Source of the DNA: Thermoplasmata archaeon
GTDB lineage: Archaea; Thermoplasmatota; Thermoplasmata; Lutacidiplasmatales; UBA184
Length of the DNA stretch: 39,914 bases
NCBI GenBank assembly: GCA_030039865.1
Contig: JASHUS010000205.1
Location: forward strand, 1 to 39,914
Direction of reading: 5' to 3'
Below the pieces are notes generated by a model that saw nothing but the letters and a program-made list of their open reading frames with translations, ran no database searches and was not told the origin of the DNA. Position 1 is the first letter of the stretch. Each line of letters begins with the position of its first letter. The position numbers and the translations under genes are program-made. Below are positions 17,956 through 26,133 of the stretch, piece by piece.

Positions 17956-18777
17956 CTATAACATTTGGCCGGCGCGTTCCGCGCCCTCGCCGGCCGGCTC
18001 GGCGCCGGTCGTCGGCCGGCCCTCGGTGATCAAGGAGTAGACGCGGTCGGTCATGTCGTAGAACGCGCTCGACTTGCGGTCCCGCGGGCGCGGGAGCTCG
18101 ATCGGGATCTCCGCGAGGATGTGCCCGGGCCGGCGCGACAGCACGAGGACCCGGTCCGCGAGCTCGATCGCCTCCTCGATGTTGTGCGTCACGAGGATCA
18201 CGGCGTCCGGCGGCAGGGCCGGGTCCTGCCACAGTTGCAGGATCTCATCGCGCAGGCTCTCGGCCGTCAGCGCGTCGAGCGCGCTGAACGGCTCATCCAT
18301 CAGGAGGACCGATGGCTCCACCGCGAGCGCCCGCGCGAGGCCGACGCGCTGACGCATCCCGCCCGAGAGCTCGCGTGGGAACGCCTCCTGGAAGCCGTCG
18401 AGCCCGGTGACGTCGATGTACTTCTCGACCTGCGGGGCGATCCGCTCGGGCGACCAGCCGAGCGCTTCGAGGCCGAAGGCGACGTTCTGCGAGACCGTGA
18501 GCCACGGGTAGAGCGCGAAGCTCTGGAAGACCATCGCCATCTGCCGGGCGACGCCGTCGACCGGCTGGCCCCGGAACAGGATCCGCCCGGCGGTGGGCCG
18601 GTCGAGGCCCTGGATGAGCCGCAGCAAGGTCGACTTCCCGCACCCGGACGGCCCGACGATCGCGACGAAGTCGGAGTCCTTGACCTCGAACGAGATGTCC
18701 TGCATGATCGAGATGGTGCCGTGGCGCGACGGGAAGCTCTTGTCGAGATGCTCGACCCGGATCAGCGCCACCCTCAT
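17956..18777 (-). CDS. NitT/TauT-type ABC transporter ATP-binding protein
   Basis: GPSGCGKS, FPRELSGGMRQR, LLMDEPFSALD, VTHNIEEA. Confidence 0.95.
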   Translation of the reverse strand: MRVALIRVEHLDKSFPSRHGTISIMQDISFEVKDSDFVAIVGPSGCGKSTLLRLIQGLDRPTAGRILFRGQPVDGVARQMAMVFQSFALYPWLTVSQNVAFGLEALGWSPERIAPQVEKYIDVTGLDGFQEAFPRELSGGMRQRVGLARALAVEPSVLLMDEPFSALDALTAESLRDEILQLWQDPALPPDAVILVTHNIEEAIELADRVLVLSRRPGHILAEIPIELPRPRDRKSSAFYDMTDRVYSLITEGRPTTGAEPAGEGAERAGQML

Positions 18778-18807
18778 CCCCCCGAGGCGTCCGACGCGCC
18801 CCGGCGC

Positions 18808-20529
18808 TCAATCGTACCGGTATCGCGTCGCCGCCCGGCGGTAGAGCGGCTTCCATATGAGCTCGTTGATGGCGATGACGGTTCCGACCATCGCGAGGAG
18901 CGCCGTCGCCATCAGCGCGTAGCCCGACGAGCCCAGCGAGTTGCCGATGTCGATGAGCTGACCGAGGCCGAGCAGGCTCAGCTGCTTCGTCGGACCGACG
19001 CTGAGGTACTCCGCGACGATCAGCGTGTTCCACCCCCCACCGAACGCGGTGATCGAGCCGGTGATGAGCGCCGGGAAGATCCCCGGGAGGAGGACGCGCC
19101 GGAAGAACTTCCAGCCGCGCACGCCGTACGAGCGCGACGCCTCCACGAGGTCCGGCGGCAGGGAGCGCACGCCCGAGAGAATGTTGAAGAAGAGATACCA
19201 CATCATCCCGGTCATCAGCATCAGGATCGACGCGCCCTCCGCGCTGATGAACGGGATCAGCTGGAAGATGATCACGGGAAAGAGCGCGGTCGCGGGGAAC
19301 GACGCGATCACCTCGATGATCGGGAGCCCGACCTTGCTCGCGCGCGAACTGCGGGAGATGTGGATCGCGAGCGGCAGCGAGATGCACAGGCAGATCGCGT
19401 ACGACGCGACGATGCGTAGCGTCGACGCGCCGACGGCGGCCGGCACCTGGGCGATCAGCGCGCGCACCGACGGCTCGATCGGATGCGTGTAGACGCTGAG
19501 GAGCGCGACGACGAGGGCGATCAAGAGCAGCCAGACGATGACCAGGATAGTCCCGAGCGCGAGGTAGTAGTAGACCGAGCGGCGCCGGGCGCTCGAGGGC
19601 CGGACCGGGCGCACGGTGATCGCCGCGAGCTGGACGAGCGGGGTCGTCACCCGCGTGACCCCGGTCCGGACGCGCTCCGTCACGTAGACCCGGGCGCGAT
19701 GGAACCGGCCGGCGGAGTCCCGCTCGGGCGCGACGATCTCGGTCTCGCCGGACGGCGAGACGTCGTACCGGAACCGCTCCGCCCAGCGGCCGAGCGGACG
19801 CCAGACGACGAAGTCGAGCAGCGCGATCACGATCACGAGGACGACGATCCCGGCGAGGAACTCGGCGGCGTTCGAAGCGCTCGCGGCGAACGAGAGGTAG
19901 CTCCCGATCCCCTGCAGCGCGTTCTTGGTGTTGGTCGTGAAGATCTCCGCCTCGACGAGGAAGAACCATCCGGCCGTCCAGGAGAGGACGGTGTTGTAGA
20001 CGAGCCGGTTGACGCACGCGGGATAGAGGACGCGGCGGAAGAGCAGCCAGCCCCGCAGGCCGAACGTGTCGGCGGCCTCCTTGAGATCGCCGGGGAGGGT
20101 CTTCAGCGACTCGTAGACGCCGAAGACCATGTTCCAGGCCATCGAGGTGAAGATCAGGAAGACGGACGCGAAGTTCGGACCGATGAAGCTGCCCGGCGTG
20201 GCCGCCGCGAGGATCACGACTGCGAACGGAAAGAAGCCGAGGATCGGAACGGATTGGAGGATGTCGAGGACGGGGATCATGATGCGTTCCCCGCCTCGGT
20301 GCGTCGCCGCGTAGTACCCGTACGCGAGGGAGAAGCCGAGCGACAGCGCGTAGGCCGCGAGCATGCGCGTGAACGAGTAGGACATGTCGACCGTCGCGCG
20401 GGGGAGGTACGACGCGAAGTTCGAGAGCGACGAGCCCGAGCTCACGGCGAGGAAGACGAACGCGAGCGTCGGGATCGCCGCGTAGATCGCGAGCGCGCGC
20501 CGCGCCGAGGGAAGGACCGTGGTCCGCAC
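18808..20529 (-). CDS. NitT/TauT-type ABC permease with two BPD_transp domains
   Basis: PVLDILQSVPILGFF, WNMVFGVYESL, WYLFFNILSGV, GGWNTLIVAE; start uncertain (GTG 20529, or further upstream near 20646). Confidence 0.9.
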   Translation of the reverse strand: MRTTVLPSARRALAIYAAIPTLAFVFLAVSSGSSLSNFASYLPRATVDMSYSFTRMLAAYALSLGFSLAYGYYAATHRGGERIMIPVLDILQSVPILGFFPFAVVILAAATPGSFIGPNFASVFLIFTSMAWNMVFGVYESLKTLPGDLKEAADTFGLRGWLLFRRVLYPACVNRLVYNTVLSWTAGWFFLVEAEIFTTNTKNALQGIGSYLSFAASASNAAEFLAGIVVLVIVIALLDFVVWRPLGRWAERFRYDVSPSGETEIVAPERDSAGRFHRARVYVTERVRTGVTRVTTPLVQLAAITVRPVRPSSARRRSVYYYLALGTILVIVWLLLIALVVALLSVYTHPIEPSVRALIAQVPAAVGASTLRIVASYAICLCISLPLAIHISRSSRASKVGLPIIEVIASFPATALFPVIIFQLIPFISAEGASILMLMTGMMWYLFFNILSGVRSLPPDLVEASRSYGVRGWKFFRRVLLPGIFPALITGSITAFGGGWNTLIVAEYLSVGPTKQLSLLGLGQLIDIGNSLGSSGYALMATALLAMVGTVIAINELIWKPLYRRAATRYRYD

Positions 20530-20727
20530 GGGCTTCGACGCGGCCGGACGTCCGACCGTCGTCGCGGGCGCCGGCCCGGTGCGCCCGCGGCTCGCCGCTT
20601 CCGCCGGATCCGAGTCGGTCGTCGGTCTGCCCCCTGGGGCCGGAATCTCTCGCGGACCCCGCTTGGATATATGGGTCGAGTGGTCGAACGGAGTCGGCGG
20701 GGCGCGCGGACGTCGAATTTCGGCAAC

Positions 20728-20735
20728 TTTTATCC
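20728..20735 (+). promoter_or_regulatory. TATA-like box for the tRNA-Gln/tRNA-Leu unit
   Basis: TTTTATCC ending ~25 nt upstream of the tRNA-Gln 5' end. Confidence 0.55.
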
Positions 20736-20759
20736 GTACCGCGACGCTGGCGCGGATGT

Positions 20760-20866
20760 AGCCCCGTGGTGTAGTGGCCAATCATGCGAGACTCTGGATC
20801 TCGCGACGCAGGTTCGAACGCCGCGGGGGCGCGTCGCCCTGCCGGCCGGAACTCCTGCCGGGGCTA
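20760..20866 (+). tRNA. tRNA-Gln: tRNA-Gln(CUG) with a 34-nt intron at position 59/60 (20819-20852)
   Basis: Acceptor AGCCCCG/CGGGGCT; CGAGA-CTCTGGA-TCTCG; removing 20819-20852 restores GCAGG-TTCGAAT-CCTGC; strict BHB at the junctions. Confidence 0.93.
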
Positions 20867-20893
20867 CTCGGCGTTCCGACGCGAACTTCCTGT

Positions 20894-21041
20894 GCGGGGG
20901 TGCTCCAGCTCGGCCAAGCGACCCCGGATCCGGGGTCGGGTCACCGAGGCAGGGCTTAGGACCCTGTTGCCTAGGGCATGCGCCGGTTCAAAAGGCGCGC
21001 CGGCGCGTCGGGCCGGCCGCCGGGACGTCCGGCCCCCCGCA
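20894..21041 (+). tRNA. tRNA-Leu: tRNA-Leu(UAG) with two introns: 21/22 (20918-20944, 27 nt) and 59/60 (20993-21027, 35 nt)
   Basis: Acceptor GCGGGGG/CCCCCGC; CAGGG-CTTAGGA-CCCTG; variable arm TGCC-TAG-GGCA; splicing restores the D arm and GCCGG-TTCAAAT-CCGGC. Confidence 0.9.
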
Positions 21042-21074
21042 CTCCGCCCGCCCGATTGAGGAGGTCGCCGCGCG

Positions 21075-21968
21075 TTGAGCGAACTCCCCTTCCCCCCCGA
21101 GTCGGTGCTGGCCGCGAGCCCGGAGCAGGCGGACGAGCTTCTCACGCAGCTCGAGCGGACCGTACCGCTCTATCCCCCGTTCCTCTCGATCCCCGCCGGC
21201 GCGGCGCGGGAGGCGGTCGTCTTCGGCGACACGCACGGCGACTGGCGCTCGAGCGTCGCGACGGCCGAGCTCTTCGATGGTCCGGGTTCGTCGCGCCGGT
21301 TGATCGGTCTCGGCGACTACGTCGATCGCGCACCGGACGACAGCGGCGAAGGCTCCGTCGCGAACGCGTTCTATCTTCTCAGCCTGGCCGCGAAGTACCC
21401 CGATCGGGTCATCCTCCTGCAAGGGAACCACGAGACGACCCGCCGCGTTCCGGCGTCCCCGCACCACCTCCCCGAGGAGGTCGACGAGCTCTGGGGACCG
21501 GAGTCCGAACGGTACGACCGCCTGATGGGCCTCCTCGAGCGCGGACCGATCGCGGCGGCGACGCCGAGCGGAGTGTACTTCGCGCACGCGGGCTTTCCGC
21601 GCCATCTGCTCGAGCCGTGGCCGTCGACGTTCGCGAAGCTCGACCTCGAGGGGCTCTGCGAGGTCGTGTGGGCCGAGTGCGACGCCGCCCGGTCCCGGCG
21701 CGGGGCCGCGCCCCCGTGGAGCGGAGCCGACCTCGACCGATTCCTCGACGCGAGCGGTCTCTCGATCATGTTGCGGGGCCACGACCCGGACCTCACCGGA
21801 CGGCCGCTCTACGCGGGCCGGTGCCTTACCCTGCAGACGACCCGGATCTACGAGCGGTTCGGCGGCGTGATCGTGGCGGTCGTGCCGCTCGAGGGGAGCC
21901 TGCGTTCGGTGGCGCAGCTCACGATCCGCCACCTGCCGACCGAGGGTCGGTCCTATCCGCCGCCGTAG
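21075..21968 (+). CDS. PPP-family/calcineurin-like metallophosphoesterase
   Basis: GDTHG, GDYVDR, LQGNHE, FAHAG, VVWAE, LRGH; TTG start with GGAGG upstream. Confidence 0.88.
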   Translation: MSELPFPPESVLAASPEQADELLTQLERTVPLYPPFLSIPAGAAREAVVFGDTHGDWRSSVATAELFDGPGSSRRLIGLGDYVDRAPDDSGEGSVANAFYLLSLAAKYPDRVILLQGNHETTRRVPASPHHLPEEVDELWGPESERYDRLMGLLERGPIAAATPSGVYFAHAGFPRHLLEPWPSTFAKLDLEGLCEVVWAECDAARSRRGAAPPWSGADLDRFLDASGLSIMLRGHDPDLTGRPLYAGRCLTLQTTRIYERFGGVIVAVVPLEGSLRSVAQLTIRHLPTEGRSYPPP

Positions 21969-22567
21969 CTAGCGCGCCGCCGGTCGTCGTGGCGCCGGCG
22001 TGGGGGCGGGCTCGGCGTAGAGGGCCCGCTCGAGCTCGCGGGCGGCCTCCGCCGTGCCGGCCGAGCGGAAGGCGTCGAGCCGGGTCCGATTGACCTCGAA
22101 GAACGCCGGTCCTCCCGCGAACCCGTGGAGCAGCTCGGCCGCCTCGGTCGGCCGACCGAGCAGATAGATCGCCGCCCCGAGCGCCTCCGCCGTGTTGAGC
22201 TCGCCGAAGCGGCCGTAGTGCTGGGGATTGGTCGCGATCAGGAACGGCAGGCGCCGACGGGCGAGGGCCCCGCCGTCGCGGATCGGCAACGCCGCGCGGG
22301 CGGAGAGGCGGTTCCACGAGCAGTCGATGACGAGCACGCCGACGCGCTCCGCCGCGGCCGGTCGGCACCCGAGAGCGGACGATCCGCGTACGGGTCGAGG
22401 ACGACCGGGGCGCCGGCGCGCGCGTCCCCGGAGTAGGCTCGGACCAACCCGAGGCTCAACAGGCGTCGACCCGTGCACGCGCGCGGGTGGTCGTCGCCGA
22501 TGACGCGGATCCAGCGGCGGAGGGGGGCGCTAGGTCGGGGGTTGGGCGTACTCCCGGAAGATCCCAT
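21969..22567 (-). pseudogene. tsr3: Tsr3 SSU rRNA aminocarboxypropyltransferase, frameshifted near 22358
   Basis: N-half DDHPRACTGRRL..VLDPYADRPLSGADR in one frame; C-half VIDCSWN..RRLPFLIATNPQHYG..LNTAEAL..FFEVN in another. Confidence 0.8.
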
Positions 22568-23441
22568 GGATCTCACGCGTGATCGCGAGCGCCTCGTCCC
22601 TCGGGCGTTGCCAGAGGTTGCGGCCGAAGATGATGCCGGTCGCACCGGCCTCCATCGACGAGCGAACCTTCGTGAGGAGGTCCGTATCGTCGACCTTCTC
22701 TCCACCCGAGACAAGCACGAACGCGCGGCCGGCGCTCTGCACGACCTTGTGGAACGCCGCCTCCGGCGACAGGTGAAGCGTCGGGTACGGCGCGGGACTG
22801 TCGGCATCCTTCTCCGATGCGACCGGATAGTTGATCTTGACGACGTCCGCGCCGAGCTCGAGCGCGACGCGAGCCGCGTAGTCGACGGCGTACAGGCTTT
22901 CCCGGCCGCCCTTCTTCGCGACGTAGTCGCCGCGCGGGTACGACCAGACGATCAACGGCATGCCGAGCCGGTCCGCCTCCGCGCGCACCTGGGTCAGTTG
23001 CGCGAAGTCGCGGTCCTGCGACGGCGAGCCGACGTAGAGCGTGTAGCCCACCGCATCGGCCCCGAGCCGGACCGCGTCCTCGACGCTCCCGGTGAGCCCG
23101 CTGAACGCGGCGCCGTCGGGGGGGATCCCGGTCTTGCCGTTGATCTTCAGGATGAGGGGGACGTCGCCCGCGAACTCGTGATAGTACTTCTCCGCGAGGC
23201 CGATGTGCAGCGCGATCGCGCTGAAGTTCCCGTCCCGGGCGAGCTCGTACTGGTAGAGCGGATCGAGCGACGCGGGGTTGGCGAAGAAGTCGATCGGACC
23301 GTGCTCGAGGCCCTGGTCGATCGGGAGCGCGAGCATCGTGCCGCCCCCCGGTCCGTGCTCGTAGAGCAGCCGCTTGAGCCGCGTCTTCTTCCCCGGCGAC
23401 AGGCCGATCCGGTCGAGCGCGGGTCGAGGGTAATGCGCCAC
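22530..23441 (-). CDS. Class I fructose-bisphosphate aldolase (DhnA family)
   Basis: LPIDQGLEHGP, PLILKING, DAVRLGADAVGYTLYVGS, WSYPRG, ELGADVVKINYP (Schiff-base Lys), IFGRNLWQ. Confidence 0.92.
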   Translation of the reverse strand: MAHYPRPALDRIGLSPGKKTRLKRLLYEHGPGGGTMLALPIDQGLEHGPIDFFANPASLDPLYQYELARDGNFSAIALHIGLAEKYYHEFAGDVPLILKINGKTGIPPDGAAFSGLTGSVEDAVRLGADAVGYTLYVGSPSQDRDFAQLTQVRAEADRLGMPLIVWSYPRGDYVAKKGGRESLYAVDYAARVALELGADVVKINYPVASEKDADSPAPYPTLHLSPEAAFHKVVQSAGRAFVLVSGGEKVDDTDLLTKVRSSMEAGATGIIFGRNLWQRPRDEALAITREIHGIFREYAQPPT

Positions 23442-23562
23442 GCGAACGCACCTCGGCCGCGCACCCGGGCCTGCGATTTAAGGCTTGACGCGGCCCCGGC
23501 ACGCGTCTTTATCCTCCGGACCCCGTAGCGACCGTGCCCTCCCGGTCGGGGAGCTGGCCTCG

Positions 23563-24447
23563 ATGCGGGCGCAGGTCATCATCGTCGCGACGCTCGCCCT
23601 CAACGCCGGGCTGTTCGCGGCGAACCTCGCGGTCGCGATCTTCTCGGGCAGCCGCACGGTCTTCGCCCAGGCGATCTACACCGTCACCGACCTGATCGGC
23701 AGCGGTCTCTTGCTCTGGGGGCTCCACGTCTCGCGGAAGCCGGCCGACTACACCTACCCGTTCGGCCGCGGGAAGGAGCGGTTCTTCTGGGCGTTCGTCT
23801 CGATCCTCGTCACCTTCACGGTCGCCGGGATCATCGCGCTCGTGACCGGCTTCGAGCAGGCGATCTCGCCCGCGCCGATCCACCACGAGCTCTACGGCCT
23901 CGCCGTCATCGCCGCCTCGCTCGGCGTCAGCCTCGGGGGAATCTGGATCACGCTGCGCGAGCTCCGCGTCTCGCGGGAGTCCCTCCAGGCCCTCCTCGAG
24001 AGCGCGAACCAGGGGCTGAAGTCGATCTTCTACCAGGACCTCGTCACCATCGCGGGCTGCATCGTCGCCTTCAGCGGCCTCGTCACCGTCTATCAGACGG
24101 GGTACTACTGGGTCGACGGGCTGACGGCGGCGATCCAGGGACTGCTCCTGGTCGCGACCGGCTTCCTCTTGACCGCGGAGAGCCGGGAGTACCTCATCGG
24201 TCGGGCGCTCGACCCGCAGGTCGCCCGGTCGCTCCTCGGCGTCATCGAACGCGATGCGCGGGTCGGCCGCGTCCGGAGCCTGCAGTCGATGCTCCTCGGA
24301 CCGGACGACGCGCTCCTCGCGCTCAGGATCAACTTCCGCGACGACCTGACGACCGATCAGATCGAGACCGCGATCGACGAGATCACGTCCTCGCTCCGCG
24401 GCAGCTATCCGGTGCTGCGGCACATCGTCATCGAACCGGAGTCGTGA
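23563..24447 (+). CDS. Cation diffusion facilitator family transporter
   Basis: KPADYTYPFGRGKERF, six TMs, C-terminal domain ending HIVIEP. Confidence 0.88.
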   Translation: MRAQVIIVATLALNAGLFAANLAVAIFSGSRTVFAQAIYTVTDLIGSGLLLWGLHVSRKPADYTYPFGRGKERFFWAFVSILVTFTVAGIIALVTGFEQAISPAPIHHELYGLAVIAASLGVSLGGIWITLRELRVSRESLQALLESANQGLKSIFYQDLVTIAGCIVAFSGLVTVYQTGYYWVDGLTAAIQGLLLVATGFLLTAESREYLIGRALDPQVARSLLGVIERDARVGRVRSLQSMLLGPDDALLALRINFRDDLTTDQIETAIDEITSSLRGSYPVLRHIVIEPES

Positions 24448-25678
24448 CGGGCGGCAGCGCCCCCGCGACGAGCTCGCGGTAGCGCGCGACCGTGAGGACG
24501 ACGAGCGCCACCGCGACCGCCCCGAAGAAGAGGTAGAGGCCGGGCTTCCCCAGGAGATCGTAGAGCCCGGACGACGCGAAGAGGCCAAGGATCATCCCGA
24601 GGGAGATCGTAAGGGAGTAGATCGCCATCGTCGTCGCCCGGCCGTACTCGCTCGTCAGGTCCGCGAGCGCGGCCAGCGCCGCCGGCCCGTAGGAGAGGGC
24701 CGCGATGACGCTGATCCCGATGCCGACGATCAGCGGGAGCTCGGCCCCGTAGGCGACGAGCAGGCTCGCGAAGAGCATGACCGCGACGAACCCGCCGGCC
24801 CCGATCGTCATCATCCGCATCCGCCCCGCCCGGTCGGCGAGCCGGCCGAAGAGCGGCTGCGTCACCACGAGGAGCGAGCCGGCGCCCGCGATCACGATCG
24901 CGAGGTAGACGTCGGAGATCCCGAGCCCCGCGGCCGACGTGGCGAGGAAGACGAGCGCCGTCCCGATCAGCATGTAGATCACGAGCCAGGGCAGCGTAAC
25001 GAGGAGCACGCTCCGACGGAACGCCGAGCGGACCACGGTCCGGACCGGGAGCCCCGGGGTCCCCGGCGCCACCGGCAGCCCCCGGGTGAGCCCGTAGGCG
25101 AGGAGGAGCCCCGCCGCGAGCGACGCGGCGCCGAGAAGGAAGGCGAACGCGAGCGAACGGTTCGCGACGATCCCGAGCAGGCCGAAGCCGAGCGCGAACC
25201 CCGCGATCCAGCCGAAGAGGTTCATCGCGTCGAATCGGCCCATCTCGAAGCCGACCTCGTCGGAGCGCGAGTGGCCGGCGACGATCGCGAGGCTCGGCGC
25301 GAGGATGGCGCCGCTCGCGATGCCGAACAGGAAGTTGAGCGCGCCGAGCGCGATGGGCGAGCGCGTGGTCGCGACCGCGACCAGGAGGAGCGCCGCGCCG
25401 CCCATTCCGAGGAAGAGGACCGGGAACCGTCCGTACCGGTCGGCGGCCGCGCCCGAGAGCAGCACGGTCGAGAACTCCCCGACCGACGCGAGGGCGCTCA
25501 CGACGCCCGCCTCGCCGACGTCGGCCTGGCCGAGGTTCGTCGAGCGCAGCAGGATGTAGCTCGCGAAGACCGCGATTGAGATCCCGAAGGCGAAGCGCAC
25601 GAAGAACGTCGCGCCGAAGACCGCGAGGAGCGGTCGGGAGTGTTCCCGCCCGACGGGCCCCCGCGCCGGTGCGTCCAC
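24428..25678 (-). CDS. MFS transporter
   Basis: Motif A twice (GAAADRYGR, GRLADRAGR); about 12 TM. Confidence 0.9.
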   Translation of the reverse strand: MDAPARGPVGREHSRPLLAVFGATFFVRFAFGISIAVFASYILLRSTNLGQADVGEAGVVSALASVGEFSTVLLSGAAADRYGRFPVLFLGMGGAALLLVAVATTRSPIALGALNFLFGIASGAILAPSLAIVAGHSRSDEVGFEMGRFDAMNLFGWIAGFALGFGLLGIVANRSLAFAFLLGAASLAAGLLLAYGLTRGLPVAPGTPGLPVRTVVRSAFRRSVLLVTLPWLVIYMLIGTALVFLATSAAGLGISDVYLAIVIAGAGSLLVVTQPLFGRLADRAGRMRMMTIGAGGFVAVMLFASLLVAYGAELPLIVGIGISVIAALSYGPAALAALADLTSEYGRATTMAIYSLTISLGMILGLFASSGLYDLLGKPGLYLFFGAVAVALVVLTVARYRELVAGALPPVTTPVR

Positions 25679-25688
25679 GGTCCCGGGC

Positions 25689-26081
25689 CTACCCGGGGGC
25701 GGACGGCGCCCGCTCGATGAGCTCGATCCAGACGTCGTTCGGATCGAGGATGAACGCGATGCGCGACGAGCCGCCGCCGAGCCGGAACGGCTCCTTCGCG
25801 ACCCGCACGTTCTTCTCCCGGAGCTTGAGCAGGACCCGATCGAGCTCCGCGACCTCGAACGCCAGGTGGTCGAGCTGCTCGCCGGCCGGGAAGTCGTCCT
25901 TCCCGTCCCAGTGCGTGAGCTCGATCCGCGCCCCGCTCGCGGGGTCGCGGACGAACGCGATCTCCGCGTGGTTCTCGGGGATCGTCCGACGGCGCTCGAA
26001 CTCGAGCCCGAGCACGTCGGTGTAGAACGCGAGGCTCTCGTCCATGTGCCGCACCGTGATCGACGTGTGGAGGAACTTCAT
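25689..26081 (-). CDS. VOC family / glyoxalase I-like protein
   Basis: FLHTSITV..SLAFYTDVLG, IELTH, DHLAFEV, AFILDPNDVWIELI. Confidence 0.9.
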   Translation of the reverse strand: MKFLHTSITVRHMDESLAFYTDVLGLEFERRRTIPENHAEIAFVRDPASGARIELTHWDGKDDFPAGEQLDHLAFEVAELDRVLLKLREKNVRVAKEPFRLGGGSSRIAFILDPNDVWIELIERAPSAPG

Positions 26082-26133
26082 CGCCGTGCGGTTCTAGCGA
26101 CGCTCGGGCGGGTAAAGTCTCGCTTGCTCGGGA

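Noticed and set aside
20530..20781. N-terminal extension of the 657-aa permease ORF to 20781
   Set aside because: It overlaps tRNA-Gln and the divergent promoters; the true start must be downstream
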